Source: Marsupella aquatica
Lineage: Eukaryota; Plantae; Marchantiophyta
DNA: 64,000 nucleotides
Assembly (NCBI GenBank): GCA_973895155.1
Contig: OZ316897.1
Location: 21,985,455 to 22,049,454, forward strand
Reading direction: 5' to 3'
Below, in pieces: positions 13,123 through 25,793 of the stretch. Position numbers and translations under genes: made by a program. The stretch's first letter is position 1, and each line of letters opens with the position of its first letter. The notes beneath the pieces were generated by a model. That model was not told the origin of the DNA. It was given only the letters and a program-made list of their open reading frames with translations, and did not search any database.

Positions 13123-13140
13123 TCCCCGGCAGCGGCGCCA
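13123..13140 (-). other. Primer-binding site, tRNA-Asp-like (Athila type)
   Basis: Minus strand TGGCGCCGCTGCCGGGGA, 9 nt inside the 5' LTR. Confidence 0.8.
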
Positions 13141-13149
13141 AAAATCTCA

Positions 13150-15019
13150 TGTAGTTTGCTATAGAGAATCAAAAGAACTCTTTTACGTCTCTAAACTCGG
13201 TATTCGTTCCCGTTAAGAACAAGATTGGGTTGGTTTGATGAAATAAACTAAAAATAAAGCCTTAAGCTCTTGTGTCACACATAGTAATCAATCTTGACTA
13301 CTTTAATCAGGTACTTTGAAGATCGCTCCACAGCGGTGAGTAGTTTTTGATGATAACTCAACATCAGATAACCTTCAATTAAGCAAAAGATTGCAATTAA
13401 CAAAACACAAGGAAAAATCTCTCAGAGTATGCTTAAGGGAGTCTGGAATAGACCAAGGTTACTCCTTAGACATAAGTAATAATGGAATGACTTTAAGGGA
13501 ATCCAAATCCACACGGCTTTTCAGATCTAAACTGCATACTAGAGTATCCTTTTAAAATGCTGGCAACATGTCTTGACCTTTCTTCCTAAGTGATACTTAG
13601 TCAAGATCTAAAAGGATAAATACTTCAGCATTTAGATGGTACTAAGCAACATGAAGGTGGAAACATCATTTCCAATGCAACTTAAACTCAATGAGTTAAC
13701 TCTAAGAACTTGTGAGATTACAATGTGTCACCAAAGCGGAATCTGACATTATAATTCACGAGATTCATAACTGAGGTTTTACTTCAAGTATTTGGGTTCC
13801 AAAATACAAGAAGGAGGTAAGTCTCTCCAAATGTTAAACCTGATCTCGAACTCATAGATTCATGATCAACTAGTTTAACACAAGGGAGAGGCAAAACTGC
13901 AAAACTTAACCATCTCTCTACACTAGGGGAAGAGGTATAAATAGTGATGAACTACAGAATAAGAGGTCACAGGGTCGAAGAGACATGCCTCTTCATAACC
14001 CTCAAAAAGTCAAAACGACGATTCAATAAGTGGAAAGCCGGAAAAAATGGCTAAGTATGAACTCTTAAACTCTTAAAAACTTAAACTCTTAATAACGTAA
14101 AAACTTAAACTCTTAAAAACGTAAAAACTTAAACTCTTAAACTCTTAATTTCGGTATACTAAAAATTGAGTAGATTCAACTATTTTTAACTTTCTACTCC
14201 TGGTTCGGAAAACTCTGAAATTTTTCCAGCAGGGTTTCCTAGGTACAGACTACAGCCTAAAGAAGTATGACAGCTTCTAAAGCTCTAGAACACATTTCTA
14301 AAAATCAGATAAGATGCACTACTCTAAAAACTAACTAAGAACACTTAGAGACTTCTTCAAGCTTGCTGTCGGATGTCCTCGGGTTCGAGTAACTCCACAA
14401 GGGTAACAATTCGGTTCTGGGTAACCTCTATCAGCTTAGCTTGGCGTGGGGATCCTCTAGAGTAGGGTAGGCACCTTAGTTGTCTCTCAGGATACATCAA
14501 AGGCATTCGCTTCATCAAATAACAGGAATCTATACGAAGAGCTTCTCTGTATATCCCTAGTACATCATAGTTGTTGCAGGTGGCAGCATATACTTGGGGA
14601 TAGTGATGCAGAAACTCATCACTATTCATCATCCTAGAATAGAAGGGTCGAAGTCTCCATTTGACATCTCTGAAATACCGGTTGAAGCTGGGCAGAGTTT
14701 GAGAGGTAAGGTGGAAGAGAAGTCAGTAATGAGCGCCTATGTCTTGCATTCCTTCCCTTTCAAGGTGAGCTCTTCATCCGTTGTGGAGTCCCGTTGAACT
14801 AGTTGTAAGATGTCACGATCACAGAGTCGCCAAATCTTAAGGTGTAACTCGTAAAGAAGTGAACTAGTAAACTCGTAAACTGAGTTTACTCGTAACTTAG
14901 GAACTTAGTAACTTTGAATGCTGTTTTAGTTACAGTTAGCAATAATTGCAGTCTAAACACCGTAAAAAATTTAAAAATTTTCAGTTTCTTCATGCTTTTG
15001 GAATTACCCACTACTTACA
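13150..15019 (-). repeat. 5' LTR (1870 bp)
   Basis: TG...CA ends; near-identical to 8167-10036 (one substitution noticed near 14093). Confidence 0.95.
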
Positions 15020-15593
15020 GATAGGAATTTTGAAATTTAACCGATGAACCGAAGGATCTTAGTATTGTCGACTAGTATTTTTGTCGCCCGTAGTTTTCGC
15101 GATAATTTTATCGGACTGCGCATTGCTGTTGAAAGAATGGCATGTTGACTATGGTCACTTGCGGAGGTAACTGGTCAATTGCGGAGGTAACTGCAAGGTA
15201 AGTTTGACGAACCGTGCAGTAATTCTTATCGACTGTGATGTAAAATATTTTTGGTAAATATCCAAAAACTGAGAAAACTGAGAAAACTGAGATTGGGTCG
15301 GAGCTTTCGTGGCTCAAATCCGGAGTCCGATACAGTTATCGCACTTGGCTCAAAACATGGATATGGATTTATAGATAAGACCTTTCATATATCTTCAGAG
15401 AGCGTGAATATGAGGTTGAGGAGAAACTTGAATGTTTGTTAGCATGAATTTCATTGGTTTTGATCATTATTAAATTTGCTGTTTCAATCCGAACTCCGAT
15501 ACGAACTACATTATTTCCCCAAAAATGTGTTTTTGATGAAAAAAACTGCCGATTTTGCGAGATTTGGCGGAAAATGAAAATACACTTCTTGTT

Positions 15594-17297
15594 TAGAGGA
15601 AATAGTTCTCGTTCGGTCTGAAATCGTGTTTGTTGTGTCGTTCTAGAACATCTTCAGAGATGGTGTTGAGGAAGCTCGTTGGTGTGTATCGAACATTAGC
15701 CAGCAACAAAGGTTTGTAGTCACCACCAGAGCGTTGGATTAGAAGATGAATAGACCCTTTCCCAGGGGAAGTAACCGAGCCATTCCCAGTATTGATTGGT
15801 AGGGAATCATCAATGTAGTCAGCAAAGAGACTTCGGTTGTTGCAGAAATGATGACTAGCACCCAATCAGCAATCCATAGATTGGCAGAGGACTTGTTCTG
15901 CATATGATTGGTCGCATCATGACCAAATTGAGCATAATAGCTTGAAAAAATGTCACAGTCAATCTCCTCGGTGGATGTCGAGGCTACTTGCGCCTGTACA
16001 TGATTGAGATGTCGAGCAGGAGTACTACTTTGATCTTGTATTCTCTACAAGACTGCAGGATTTGGCTGCCAATGGTCAGGACGTAAATTGATGTGCGCGT
16101 AGAAGCAGCAGTCTGCACCATGACTAGGAAGTTGACAAGTGGTGCACACATCTGGTCTGCCTGGCTTGAGACGCTTGTTCCTAGGAGGAGTCACAGTAGG
16201 AACTCGATTGGTGAGGACTTGAAGCGCAGCACGTTCACGTCTCCTACCGGATTCATCAACCACTTTGTTAATGAGAGCACTGAGAGTGGGAAGATTCTTA
16301 GGATCATGTCTCATCTGGTCACGTTTATTTGCCGTCCAGTGCTCAAAGTGAGTGTCAAGAATGGTGACGAAGTGAAGAACTTGAATCTTTTCTTGAGTGA
16401 CAATCCCGACAGCAGTGAATTTATCAATAGCAGCACAAAATGTGGCACAAAACTCTTCAATCTCTTCGCCTTCATATTTGCAGTGGACAAAATTAGCCCA
16501 GATATCCTGCAAATGAATCAATCCGTCAGCCTCATACGTAGCAATTAGCTTTTCCCAGCAATCCTTGGCTAAGGAAATGTCAGCAAGTGTTTGTTGAATG
16601 TGAGGTCTGCATGATGAAAGATTAATATTGCGAGCTTGTGCAGCTCGGGAGTGAAAAACTTCTGAACGCTCAGCAAATTGATAGTCCTTTTCAGTAGGAT
16701 CTCTAGTCGGTTCAGTCGCAGTCCCATCGACAAACTTCCAGACACTGGAGGCCTTGAGTGTGGAAGTACACAGTAGCTTCCATGCAGGAAAATTGAGACT
16801 ACCCTCTAGCTTAGGTATGAGATGGTTGTTGTAGCCTACGGAGGTACTCATCGAGAAGTTGGAAAAATATGTCAACAATGAAGCGAGAATACGAGTCAAT
16901 GTATCGATGCAAGTAAAGCAAATGTACGTGAGAACACTATGGTAGAGCGTGATGAGTGAAATGTTTTCAGCCCATAACCTGTGACTAAAGCATACGCGCT
17001 CAAACATAGGAAAAATACAAATGCACAATGCAGTGAATAGAATGAGAGGAGACCCTCAAGTAGAGGCGCTCCATCTGAGAAAAAACAAAAAGGCAGTAGC
17101 AGCCCAAGCGATCAGCACAAACAGGTGGCGCGGCTGCCAGTACACAAAGGGCTGGCCGCGTCCCGCTTGTCACAGTCAAGACGTTAGGCGCTGGCAGGTA
17201 GATTTAATTCAAATCCTTAAACTAGATCATCGCTGTTTGATGCTGATTGAATTTAAATCTGACTAGTCTGAGTCTGAGGCTAATATTCTATCTAACA
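15594..17297 (-). mobile_element. Ty1/Copia remnant (LTR, PBS, gag, protease), truncated by element 1
   Basis: Gag IPKLEGSLNFPAWK...VWKFVDG; zinc knuckle CTTCQLPSHGADCC; protease WIAD/GASHHFCN (frameshifted); CA followed by PBS GGTTATGGGC at 16970-16979; probable LTR 16980-17297. Confidence 0.8.
16045..16851 (-). CDS. gag: Copia Gag (UBN2/DUF4219-like) with zinc knuckle
   Basis: ORF translation from MSTSVGYNN; motifs as listed for the Copia remnant. Confidence 0.75.
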   Translation of the reverse strand: MSTSVGYNNHLIPKLEGSLNFPAWKLLCTSTLKASSVWKFVDGTATEPTRDPTEKDYQFAERSEVFHSRAAQARNINLSSCRPHIQQTLADISLAKDCWEKLIATYEADGLIHLQDIWANFVHCKYEGEEIEEFCATFCAAIDKFTAVGIVTQEKIQVLHFVTILDTHFEHWTANKRDQMRHDPKNLPTLSALINKVVDESGRRRERAALQVLTNRVPTVTPPRNKRLKPGRPDVCTTCQLPSHGADCCFYAHINLRPDHWQPNPAVL

Positions 17298-18934
17298 TGT
17301 AAAGCTAGTCCTAATATTAAGATCTTACTGTCACTAGTCTGAATGTCGGGAATTAGTATGAGTCATTCACAGTGAGAAGAGGGGAGGGAAAGGAGAGAGG
17401 AAAAGAGGGAAAGGGGATATAGGGAGAATAATAAGAAAAGGGAAGAAAAGGAAAAAGAAAAAACCAGATTCTCCCCACTAATTCCCGGTAAAGTTGTAGC
17501 CACCGTGGCTCTTTAGGAAGACATCGCTTTCACAATAAGACTAACCAAAATGAGAACATTTTTGCACTAACAATCACCCATTCAACCAAAACAACTTGTA
17601 CACAAGTTGCACAACAAGACATGACCCAAACATGATTGCACAGGCACACGTCAACAATAATGACAGCCTCCATGCATGACAGCCTATCTGAAACAATATT
17701 TGAGTTCCATATCTGAAACAATATTTGAGTTCCATGACTGCAACATGGCCCCCATGACGACCAGGCCACCAACAACAACACAGTTGCAATGAATAAGCGT
17801 GCCAGCTCTCTACAATAGTTTTGTGCCTCACTGACTTTACTTGCCTTGAAGATTTTCATGCTTTGAAAACATGCATACTTTTGCATCAAGATGAGCAACT
17901 TCAATATATATATCTCATGTCACAACATTTCATTTCATAGTTCTACCCCGAGTTTTGATCACCTGTACTTTTTTGCCTCATCTCAACTCAAGGGCATTAG
18001 ACTAGTGTAGTATAATTGACATACATTTTATACTTGTAGGAATACAAACTAGCTCCAATCCAGATATTAAGTGTACAAGGACTGCTTGCAAGAAGTTATC
18101 TGTCATTGAGACACAAAAAAACTATACCCAAGGCGTTGAGCAAGCAGGATCAACAACACTATTGTAATCTACCCCAAAGTTTGTTATTAGAATCGTTGGT
18201 CTTCAATCAAAGATTCAAAGGAGGACAGTAAGAACAGTATGCTGAAAGAGTTAAGTGGGTAGCTGTCGTCCAGTGTCTTTAATCATGTTTTCCTGGTGGT
18301 TGATCTGGGTTACCCCCTGCGAGAAATGGTCACCAGGAGAATGCTATCTCATATATGGATCGAGAGAATGACCAATGGGCTCTTGCCTAGCATGGAAGCC
18401 CGCGTGCACTATGTGCTGTTAGCTGACTTTTTCTCTCTATATATCTGGGACAGAGTCGAGATCTAAAGATGATGAGCCACGTCGGGAGATAGTACAGTTT
18501 ACATCAGAAAGTAGTGTGAAGGTGGGTGGACGTCAGTGAAGTTGCAAAGTTCATCATGTTAGTGTAAGCTGGGCGGAGGCAAACGAAGGTTTAGGAGAAG
18601 ATCTTCCATGTGAACATGTATTACAGTGGTCGTCACAGGGTGCTACACTGATATAGGTCAATGTCGAAGCATCTTGTTTAAGGGAAGAGACCTTGCGTCG
18701 GCTCTGCCAATCCATTGGGTCCACATGGCAACAAGTTTCTGGAGACTAGCTTCTGGGCATGTTGATTAGTGATTACCTTGTTCACATTGCGCCATGACGT
18801 TGAAGCGTGTCACTAGAGTAGCAGACCGGAGACAAATGAATGAAAAAGAGGTGTATATAACTACGTTAGACTTGCTAATGAACGTGGCTCGAGGCTTGCA
18901 CTTGAAAGTATGTCAAGTGAAGTCTGGGATTTTG

Positions 18935-19018
18935 GGATGCGCACTGGAAATGTTGATGAGGATGCGCGTTGGAAATGTCGATGAGGATGTGCGCTGGAAA
19001 TGTCGATGAGGATGCGCG
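18935..19018. repeat. Short tandem repeat of about 27 bp (3 copies)
   Basis: GCGCTGGAAATGTCGATGAGGAT repeated. Confidence 0.8.
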
Positions 19019-21849
19019 CCATAAATCAGACTTCAATTACTGAGTATATATATATTACAATTTTGATATCTACGTTGATATCTGCTCTGCAATTATAATA
19101 AAGAAACCCGCCAAAAGTAGTCAATCTTCTCTTTACAATTCAGATTTGGTGGGAACAAAGCCTGACCATTGGATTTATGTTAGGTTTAATTCTAACCTTT
19201 TATCAGCTAGAACTAAGTGTCCACCAAAAGGACCTTAGGGTAGGTAGGTGATAATAATCAGGAGGGGCAGTAATAATTATGAGGGGAAACCGAAAGGGTA
19301 CAAGTAAAGTACACCAAGACATTTTGGTACACATAAGTATATTTAATAGAGGTACTCAATCATTACATGTTAAAAGCCTAATATGTATCTACATGTAGAA
19401 TTAGAAATATGAAATAATCTAATATGGGTGTATGTGATTGTGAAAAATATATTTTTTAATGGAAGTGAACTTAAGTAGTTTTTTTTCAAAAAGCTATAAA
19501 CTAATAATTTGAGGCCAATTAAAACAAAGTCATGGAAAAGTGGAAACCAATCTTGATCTTTTGTCTAAATTATTATTTCGAATCACCTCAATATCTTTTC
19601 CTCACTTTAATATCGTTTTTCGCCTAGACGTGTTTATCAACTTCATATTTTTTGTTCACATTGACAATTAACTTCTCTCCTCGACATTTTTTATCACCTC
19701 AACATCTTTTATCTCCTTGACATCTTTTGTTCACCAAGACATCTTTACGGACCCCACTAGAGGTTCCTTCCAAAATTCCTGGCACCACAGCATGCCACGT
19801 CAGCAACAACCGCAACAAACAAGAATGGTCATGTTTGCGCAACGAATAAACTCCTCTCCATCTTGTTTACGTCGCTTTTCGTGTAATTTTATGGACGCCG
19901 TGCCGTCAAAACATAATGTAAAAGTAATTAAAAGTAGTTTATCCAAATCTATTGATACAAAGGGCGAGATTAAAAACATTCACCCATATTCTCTTTACTT
20001 AAATTTATAATTGTTTTTTTATAAAAGTAAATAGTGTTCAACGTAAACAGTAACCGTATTCCTATGTAACTGCCAAAATAAAACCGTCAGAACAAAAGAA
20101 GCACATCAACATTTCGAAAGGGAGGAAGGCTTTTGATGAAAGTAATGAAAAGAGGAAAGCTCAAAAGGAGTTTCGCCTCTTGAAGTGCAAAGTAAAGAGG
20201 AATGCTGGAGAAACAAAATCAAAAAAGATCAGAAGCCGAATGAAGAAAGCAAAAATGAGAACTGATCGAGGACAGAAAAGAGGCGCAGCACATCTTAATC
20301 AGAAACAAATAGATCGAGCAGAAAGAAGGAGAAGCAAAGAGAATCGATAAGGACATTGACAAGATTGATAAGGACTGATCGACCTCAACTACTCTAGCAG
20401 ATCACTGAAGCTCAACGTAGTAGTCCACTACAATCCATCCCGCCCCCAATCCACACTGCAAGAAGCGCACCTCCACGCCACAACCTCTGTATGCGCTCTC
20501 GTTGTTGATTTTGATTGTACGCGCTCTTGTTGTTGATTTTGATTGTTGATTTTGATCGAAGCTGCCCCATCAAAGATTGTTAACAAACAAACGATCAAAT
20601 CAGGAAGAGAACGACTGCGATTTGAACCAAAAGAGGCCATGGCAAAGTGAAAGCGATACAAAAGGGCGAGATACAAAAGGAGAAGATACAAAAGGGCGAG
20701 AGAGACTAACACAACGCCCCGATGATCCAGAGAACAACAGAAAATTGAAAGAGTAAATTCCGTCTGCATACGACAATGCTTACTAGTTGCTACCCAGGCT
20801 AGATCATGATTGATTGATTGCTGCCCCAGTTGCTACGCGACTAGCAACGAATGCAGGACAGAACTCTAATCTAGCCATACACGATAGAGGACAGTAGCCA
20901 TGCACGACAGGGGAGGTAATTGCTTACGCAGGGCATGGCCTGGTGACGCATTTTAGCAGTAGATTCACCTTTGTGAAGCTTTTGGTGTAAGTTGGAGTTC
21001 CCTCTTGGCAGCGTGTTGGTGGCTCTTAACTTTACTGCGCCCTAAGATTTCCCACCATGTTTTTCCAGATAGATTTTTTTGTTCGAGTGGGCCATACACG
21101 ATCGGGGCAGAGAAGAGCTGTAAGGCAGCGACCTGAGCAGAAGAAAAAGGCAAAAGCAGATTGATCGAACAAGGTCAACTTTCTTATGAGCACCTCCTTG
21201 TCAAACACACTGAGTAATTAATTGTCATTCTCGGGCGAGAACTGTAAACATGTGGAGTCGAGTTAGGAACAGATTTGTCCTCAGCATGGAGTCAGTGCTC
21301 AATAATAGACTCTTTGCCCTTGGGGACTGTAATATCATGTGCTTTCAAGAATTGAAGTCAGCAACATACACTTTTGCAGTCATTTATAGCCAAACTTGCT
21401 GACGACGTCCACTTGGCAATTGCAATGCTGTCCCTAAACTGGCACCTCAAAATTCATGTTCAGTGTCAAGTAGTTTGGCCAAGACTTGCACCAAAGCGCC
21501 TATGATTAGGGCATTCACCATTTTTTCCTTCACGAGCAAGGAAACTAACTTATACTATACATCAAATAGCTACAATTGAAATGCCTCCATGTATTGAGAT
21601 TCTATAGCCTCGAACTTAGCGACTTCCCACAAGCCGATCTTGAAAGGAGAGCAAATGAACAATCGTCTCGATTAAGCTGGCCCAAAAAAGTCATTGTAAT
21701 GCATCACAGTCGAGTTCCTGCGAGCCGAAGGGTTTTGGTAATCGAGACTGATCTTGAAAGGAGAGCAGATGATCACAACTCAACTTCAAAATAGAAAACA
21801 CATTCAGTCCTAGTACAAGAACTCAATGGCTAAACACCCGGCGAACTAA

Positions 21850-22270
21850 AAAAGAGTAACACACGACAGCAGTTCGTTAATACAACTTGGGCTGCTGCCA
21901 AATCACAGCATAGGACAAATCCTTATTTCAAGGAGGCCAGAATCATAACAGACAGGAGCAATCTGCATGTAGAGAAATGCATATCAGCCATAGTATTGAA
22001 GGCACGTTCTTCAGACGAGATTGTCTAATAGGTGTCACCTGGACCACTGACTTTAAGGATGGTGTTCAAAACACTACAGTCAAACCTAACTAGCATCACA
22101 ACCACCAGCCTACAATGCGATGGGCTTCCTGGTTCAGCTTGGAAAGGCATATAAGAAGCATAGATTTGAAGCACTAACTAACTGATGAGTCTAATTTTTG
22201 AAGGACTCCTCATCATCATCTTGCAAAGGCTGTGCAACAGCAGCTGTGAGCTCGGCCTTGTACCTGTAAC
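21850..22270 (-). pseudogene. Possible hAT transposase C-terminal dimerisation-domain relic
   Basis: Degenerate minus-strand reading with KP...WW-like and SSEERAFNT segments; many disruptions. Confidence 0.3.
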
Positions 22271-24099
22271 AATGACCAGATAAGGTTGGTCAGGAGGGCA
22301 ACTGAAAGATCAAAGAAAGACTACTCAAACTAATTATATTCAACGCTCAAAGACGATCATATAACACGTACTGCTCTTGTGCGGCCAGATCAATGTGGAC
22401 TTTGGGGGGAGCCAGAGCTGGAGATTCGACGAAGTAAAGGTTCACATCACTGCAAGAAGATGGGAGCGAAGGTAAATCATTGGTACTAGGTTCATTTAAT
22501 TCGCAAATTGACTTGGACAGGTTAACCATCACAATTAGACGATTAGAAGCATCAAGATTCTGTCTAATTGTCAGTTCAATGGACTTATTGAATGCAAGTG
22601 CGGTTTGAAAATGACTTGTGCTATCTCTTTCGGGTGTATCCAGGTTAATCGATACTGCGAAGAGGCTTGCATAAGAGATGAATTTTGAAAGTGGAGAATT
22701 GTAGCAAACAACAGTGTCGCGAAGACAAACTATGAGGACTTAATCTTGAAGCAAAATGTCGTCTATGCCGAGCAGAAGCATGCGTGTGTTCGGCCGCTTG
22801 GCGGTGGATGTGTGCATTTAAAAAGGACATTACGATTGTGGATCCGTAAGTTGCTCGTGTTCTTTATCGTTTTGTCTGGTTTTATTATCTGTTTTCGCCT
22901 TTGGAGGCTTTTTTACAAAAAGTGCATCTAAGAATTCTATACCATGAGTCTTAAGCGTGAAAGAATGTTTGCATAGATCTACAGTGCTGCTCGGTGCGTG
23001 TATTGATTTATCTCTTTTCAGGACCTCAACTGCGTTCCCAAAGTGAACTACATGGTTCTTAGACTTTATAATGTGCAGGGTGGGTATTGAGAGATAAACC
23101 TACCCCAAGTTTTTGATATCGTTTGTCATCGTGTCCTAGGGAGCTCGTTTGCTTGTTGGAAACTCCAAAAACTTAGTGTGACTTCATGTGACCTATAATT
23201 AGAGAGACACCTTAAATAAAGTGAGTCACGCGACCTATACTTAGAGCCTATAATTAGACTGAAATTTATAGTCAGATGTATTTTATAGGCTAGGCTATCT
23301 TACTAATAATTTGCAAAGCTACTTAAGGCCTATGGTCTAGAGTTGGCAACTCCCAATAAAGACAAAACTGATAATGAGTCTTTAATAATCACACAACTTA
23401 AAAAATGAAAAAAAAGTATGGGGGAGGGTGGACAAAGAACTAGATTGGCAAAGATGAACCCAAATTAAAGCATACTTAGAATTGTTTCCGTGTTAGTGTA
23501 ACTTACTAGAGGTTTAAAGTTTGTTTGGTACTCACACAAGTCTTCTTGCAGAAAGGGCATGGTGTGTCGGCTGACTTACTTAATGGTGTTCGGGAAGTTG
23601 GACGTGAGTTTTCAAGTTACTTAGAGAAGAGAAGCTCCGGATAAGTTAAACAACGCTTCTACATACAGGTTTGCTGTCTCCTAACATCAAGTTCTTCCTG
23701 CTTTTTGTGTGGTCCCTAACATGATTATTGAACCCTAAACTCCTTACTATTTTCTAATATAATTTTGGTTATTTAATTTGGCATTTACTTTGTTGCGGTC
23801 CTTTTAAGACGGTTTAGTGTGCTTCGAATCCGGACCAACTCCAAATCATAGCCATGTTTGAATTGCTTTTTGTCATTACAATTTTGAGTTGCAACAAAGA
23901 TCCTCACTTTGTAAAGAACATGAAGTAAAAAAATTTAATATATACATATATATATATATATAAATATATCTTTATATTGACTGAGTATTAAACCTATATA
24001 ATTCATTAGATTAGATTACAAGGTTCTATAGTTGCCTGTACCAATTCACAAACTAAGGCGGTAGGTCGCTTCGCTTACGATAGCTTCCAAAAATCTTTG

Positions 24100-24360
24100 A
24101 GGCATTACCCAAATTTTCTTCCGGTTGCCAATTATTCTCGCCCTGGTCATAACCAGCCCACTTCACCAAAATACTCTAAGATTTGCCTTCCCAACTTGCG
24201 TTTGTAACGAACGTATAGAATTGCCTCCACCTCAAACTCCTCAGCGTCCTCCATTAGCATAGCGTCCAAATGCAAGACTTGATCCCGGTTGGGATCATCG
24301 TCTTGGACAAATTTCTTGATTCGGCTAACATGGTAGCTTTTGCCCACGCCCATTTACTTG
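24100..24360 (-). pseudogene. Ty3/Gypsy integrase C-terminus with chromodomain relic
   Basis: YHVSRIKKF...EEFEVEAILYVR...ILEYF(x)VxW. Confidence 0.7.
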
Positions 24361-24429
24361 TGGCTTTACTTGGGTGTCTCCAACACCACCTAAACCGTAT
24401 TATCGTGTGAATGATGCAATAGGGTTTTG

Positions 24430-25165
24430 CATACCTAGGAGAACTATACCTTGATTGGTAACTATACCTTAATGTAAGTATTGCTCTAACCAAAATACCT
24501 GGGAGAACTATGCCTTGACTTGGTACAAGTCTTGGAAGAAGTCACAAGAGGACTCCTACTTGCCGTTAACTTAAAACCTAGTTGAGGTTCTTCGTGCTCA
24601 TGTCACCACTAAGTATCTAGAGCGGAACGCTTAGAGATGTGTAACGTAAATGAGCTTTAGGGGTGATACCCAAAACTGGGAAAACTATGCCTTGACTTGG
24701 TACAAGTCTTGGAAGAAGTTGCAAGAGGACTCCTCCTTGCCGTTAACTTGGGAATACCTAGTTGAGGGTACGTCTTCGTGCTCATGTCACCACTAAGTAC
24801 CTAGAGCGGCACGCTTAGAGATATGTAACGTAAATGAGCTTTAGGGATGATACCCAAAACTGGGAGAACTATGCCTTGACTTGGTACAAGTCTTGGAAGA
24901 AGTCGTACGAGGACTCCTCCTTGCCGTTAACTTGGGAAAACCTAGTTGAGGGTCTTCGTGCTCATGTCACCACTAAGTACCTAGAGCGGCACGCTTAGAG
25001 ATGTGTAACGTAAATGAGCTTTAGGGGTGATATCCCGACGGGGCAAGAGACCAAGCGGAGATGGAGGGAAAAAGGGCATTAAGTAATGCTCTAACCAAAA
25101 TACCTAGGAGAACTATGCCTTGACTTGGTACAAGTCTTGGTAAATGAGCTATAGGGGTGATATCC
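24430..25165. repeat. Tandem repeat of about 180 bp (3 full copies plus partial copies)
   Basis: GGGAGAACTATGCCTTGACTTGGTACAAGTCTTGG at about 24501, 24679, 24862 and 25106. Confidence 0.9.
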
Positions 25166-25399
25166 AAAAGTTCATCACTTATTATCAAAACCAGTTGGTG
25201 TGTATCCCGATGGGCAAGAGACCCTACATACACAAATGAACAACTTTATAGTGATTCACATGTGGCGCCATGGGTCATCATTGTAGTAAGGATTGTTCCA
25301 CCAAAGGTGGCAAGCCGAGCGGAGATGGAGGGCAATAATAAAAGTATTGCTCTGACCAAACCCTTAGTAGTTGATGAGGTCCCTGTAGGGGATATGCCT

Positions 25400-25582
25400 G
25401 TCGGAGAGAAGGTGTTGTTGCGAGAGAAATTACGTAAGGTTATGACAATAAATCTTGACAAGCCAGTTTTTGTGAATGTCACAAGTTCTAACGGTAATCT
25501 GGGTGTTGCGTTGGTGGATACAGGCGCGGCCGCTTGCTTCATGAGTGGCATCACCTTTGAGTATATAGTGTTTATGGCATGA
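25400..25582 (+). pseudogene. Retroviral-type aspartic protease relic
   Basis: VALVDTGAAACFMS motif. Confidence 0.6.
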
Positions 25583-25793
25583 CCTTTGAGTAATGTTTAT
25601 GGCATGACTTTGAAGAGGTGTTTGGCGCTCTACTAACTTGGGTTGGAGCCAAGCAACCAACTCTTCTTGGTAACTACGAGATCGTGATAAGCAAGTCTTG
25701 TTTCTGGAATTTCATTGAGCAAATTTTGGATGGACCCTAGCTAAGAAAATTCACGAGTTCATAATCCTTTGCATAGGTCTCCCCAAAAATGTC

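Larger units (their letters stand above)
8167..15019 (-). mobile_element. Non-autonomous Ty3/Gypsy (Athila-like) LTR retrotransposon, recent insertion
   Basis: Two near-identical 1870-bp TG...CA LTRs; 5-bp TSD GATAG (8162-8166 and 15020-15024); PBS TGGCGCCGCTGCCGGGGA; PPT; gag present, no pol. Confidence 0.93.
1..15593. mobile_element. Element 1: DNA transposon carrying a ParB-like/amino-methyltransferase gene and a DUF7869/Sola1-like transposase; left end outside the window; contains an LTR retroelement insertion
   Basis: Same two genes as the TIR-bounded element at 29430-38766. The palindrome CGATAAATTTATCG recurs from 141 to 15113, on both sides of the LTR insertion. Ends in CTTCTTGTT (15585-15593), as element 2 does, abutting a truncated Copia pol. 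Confidence 0.7.
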
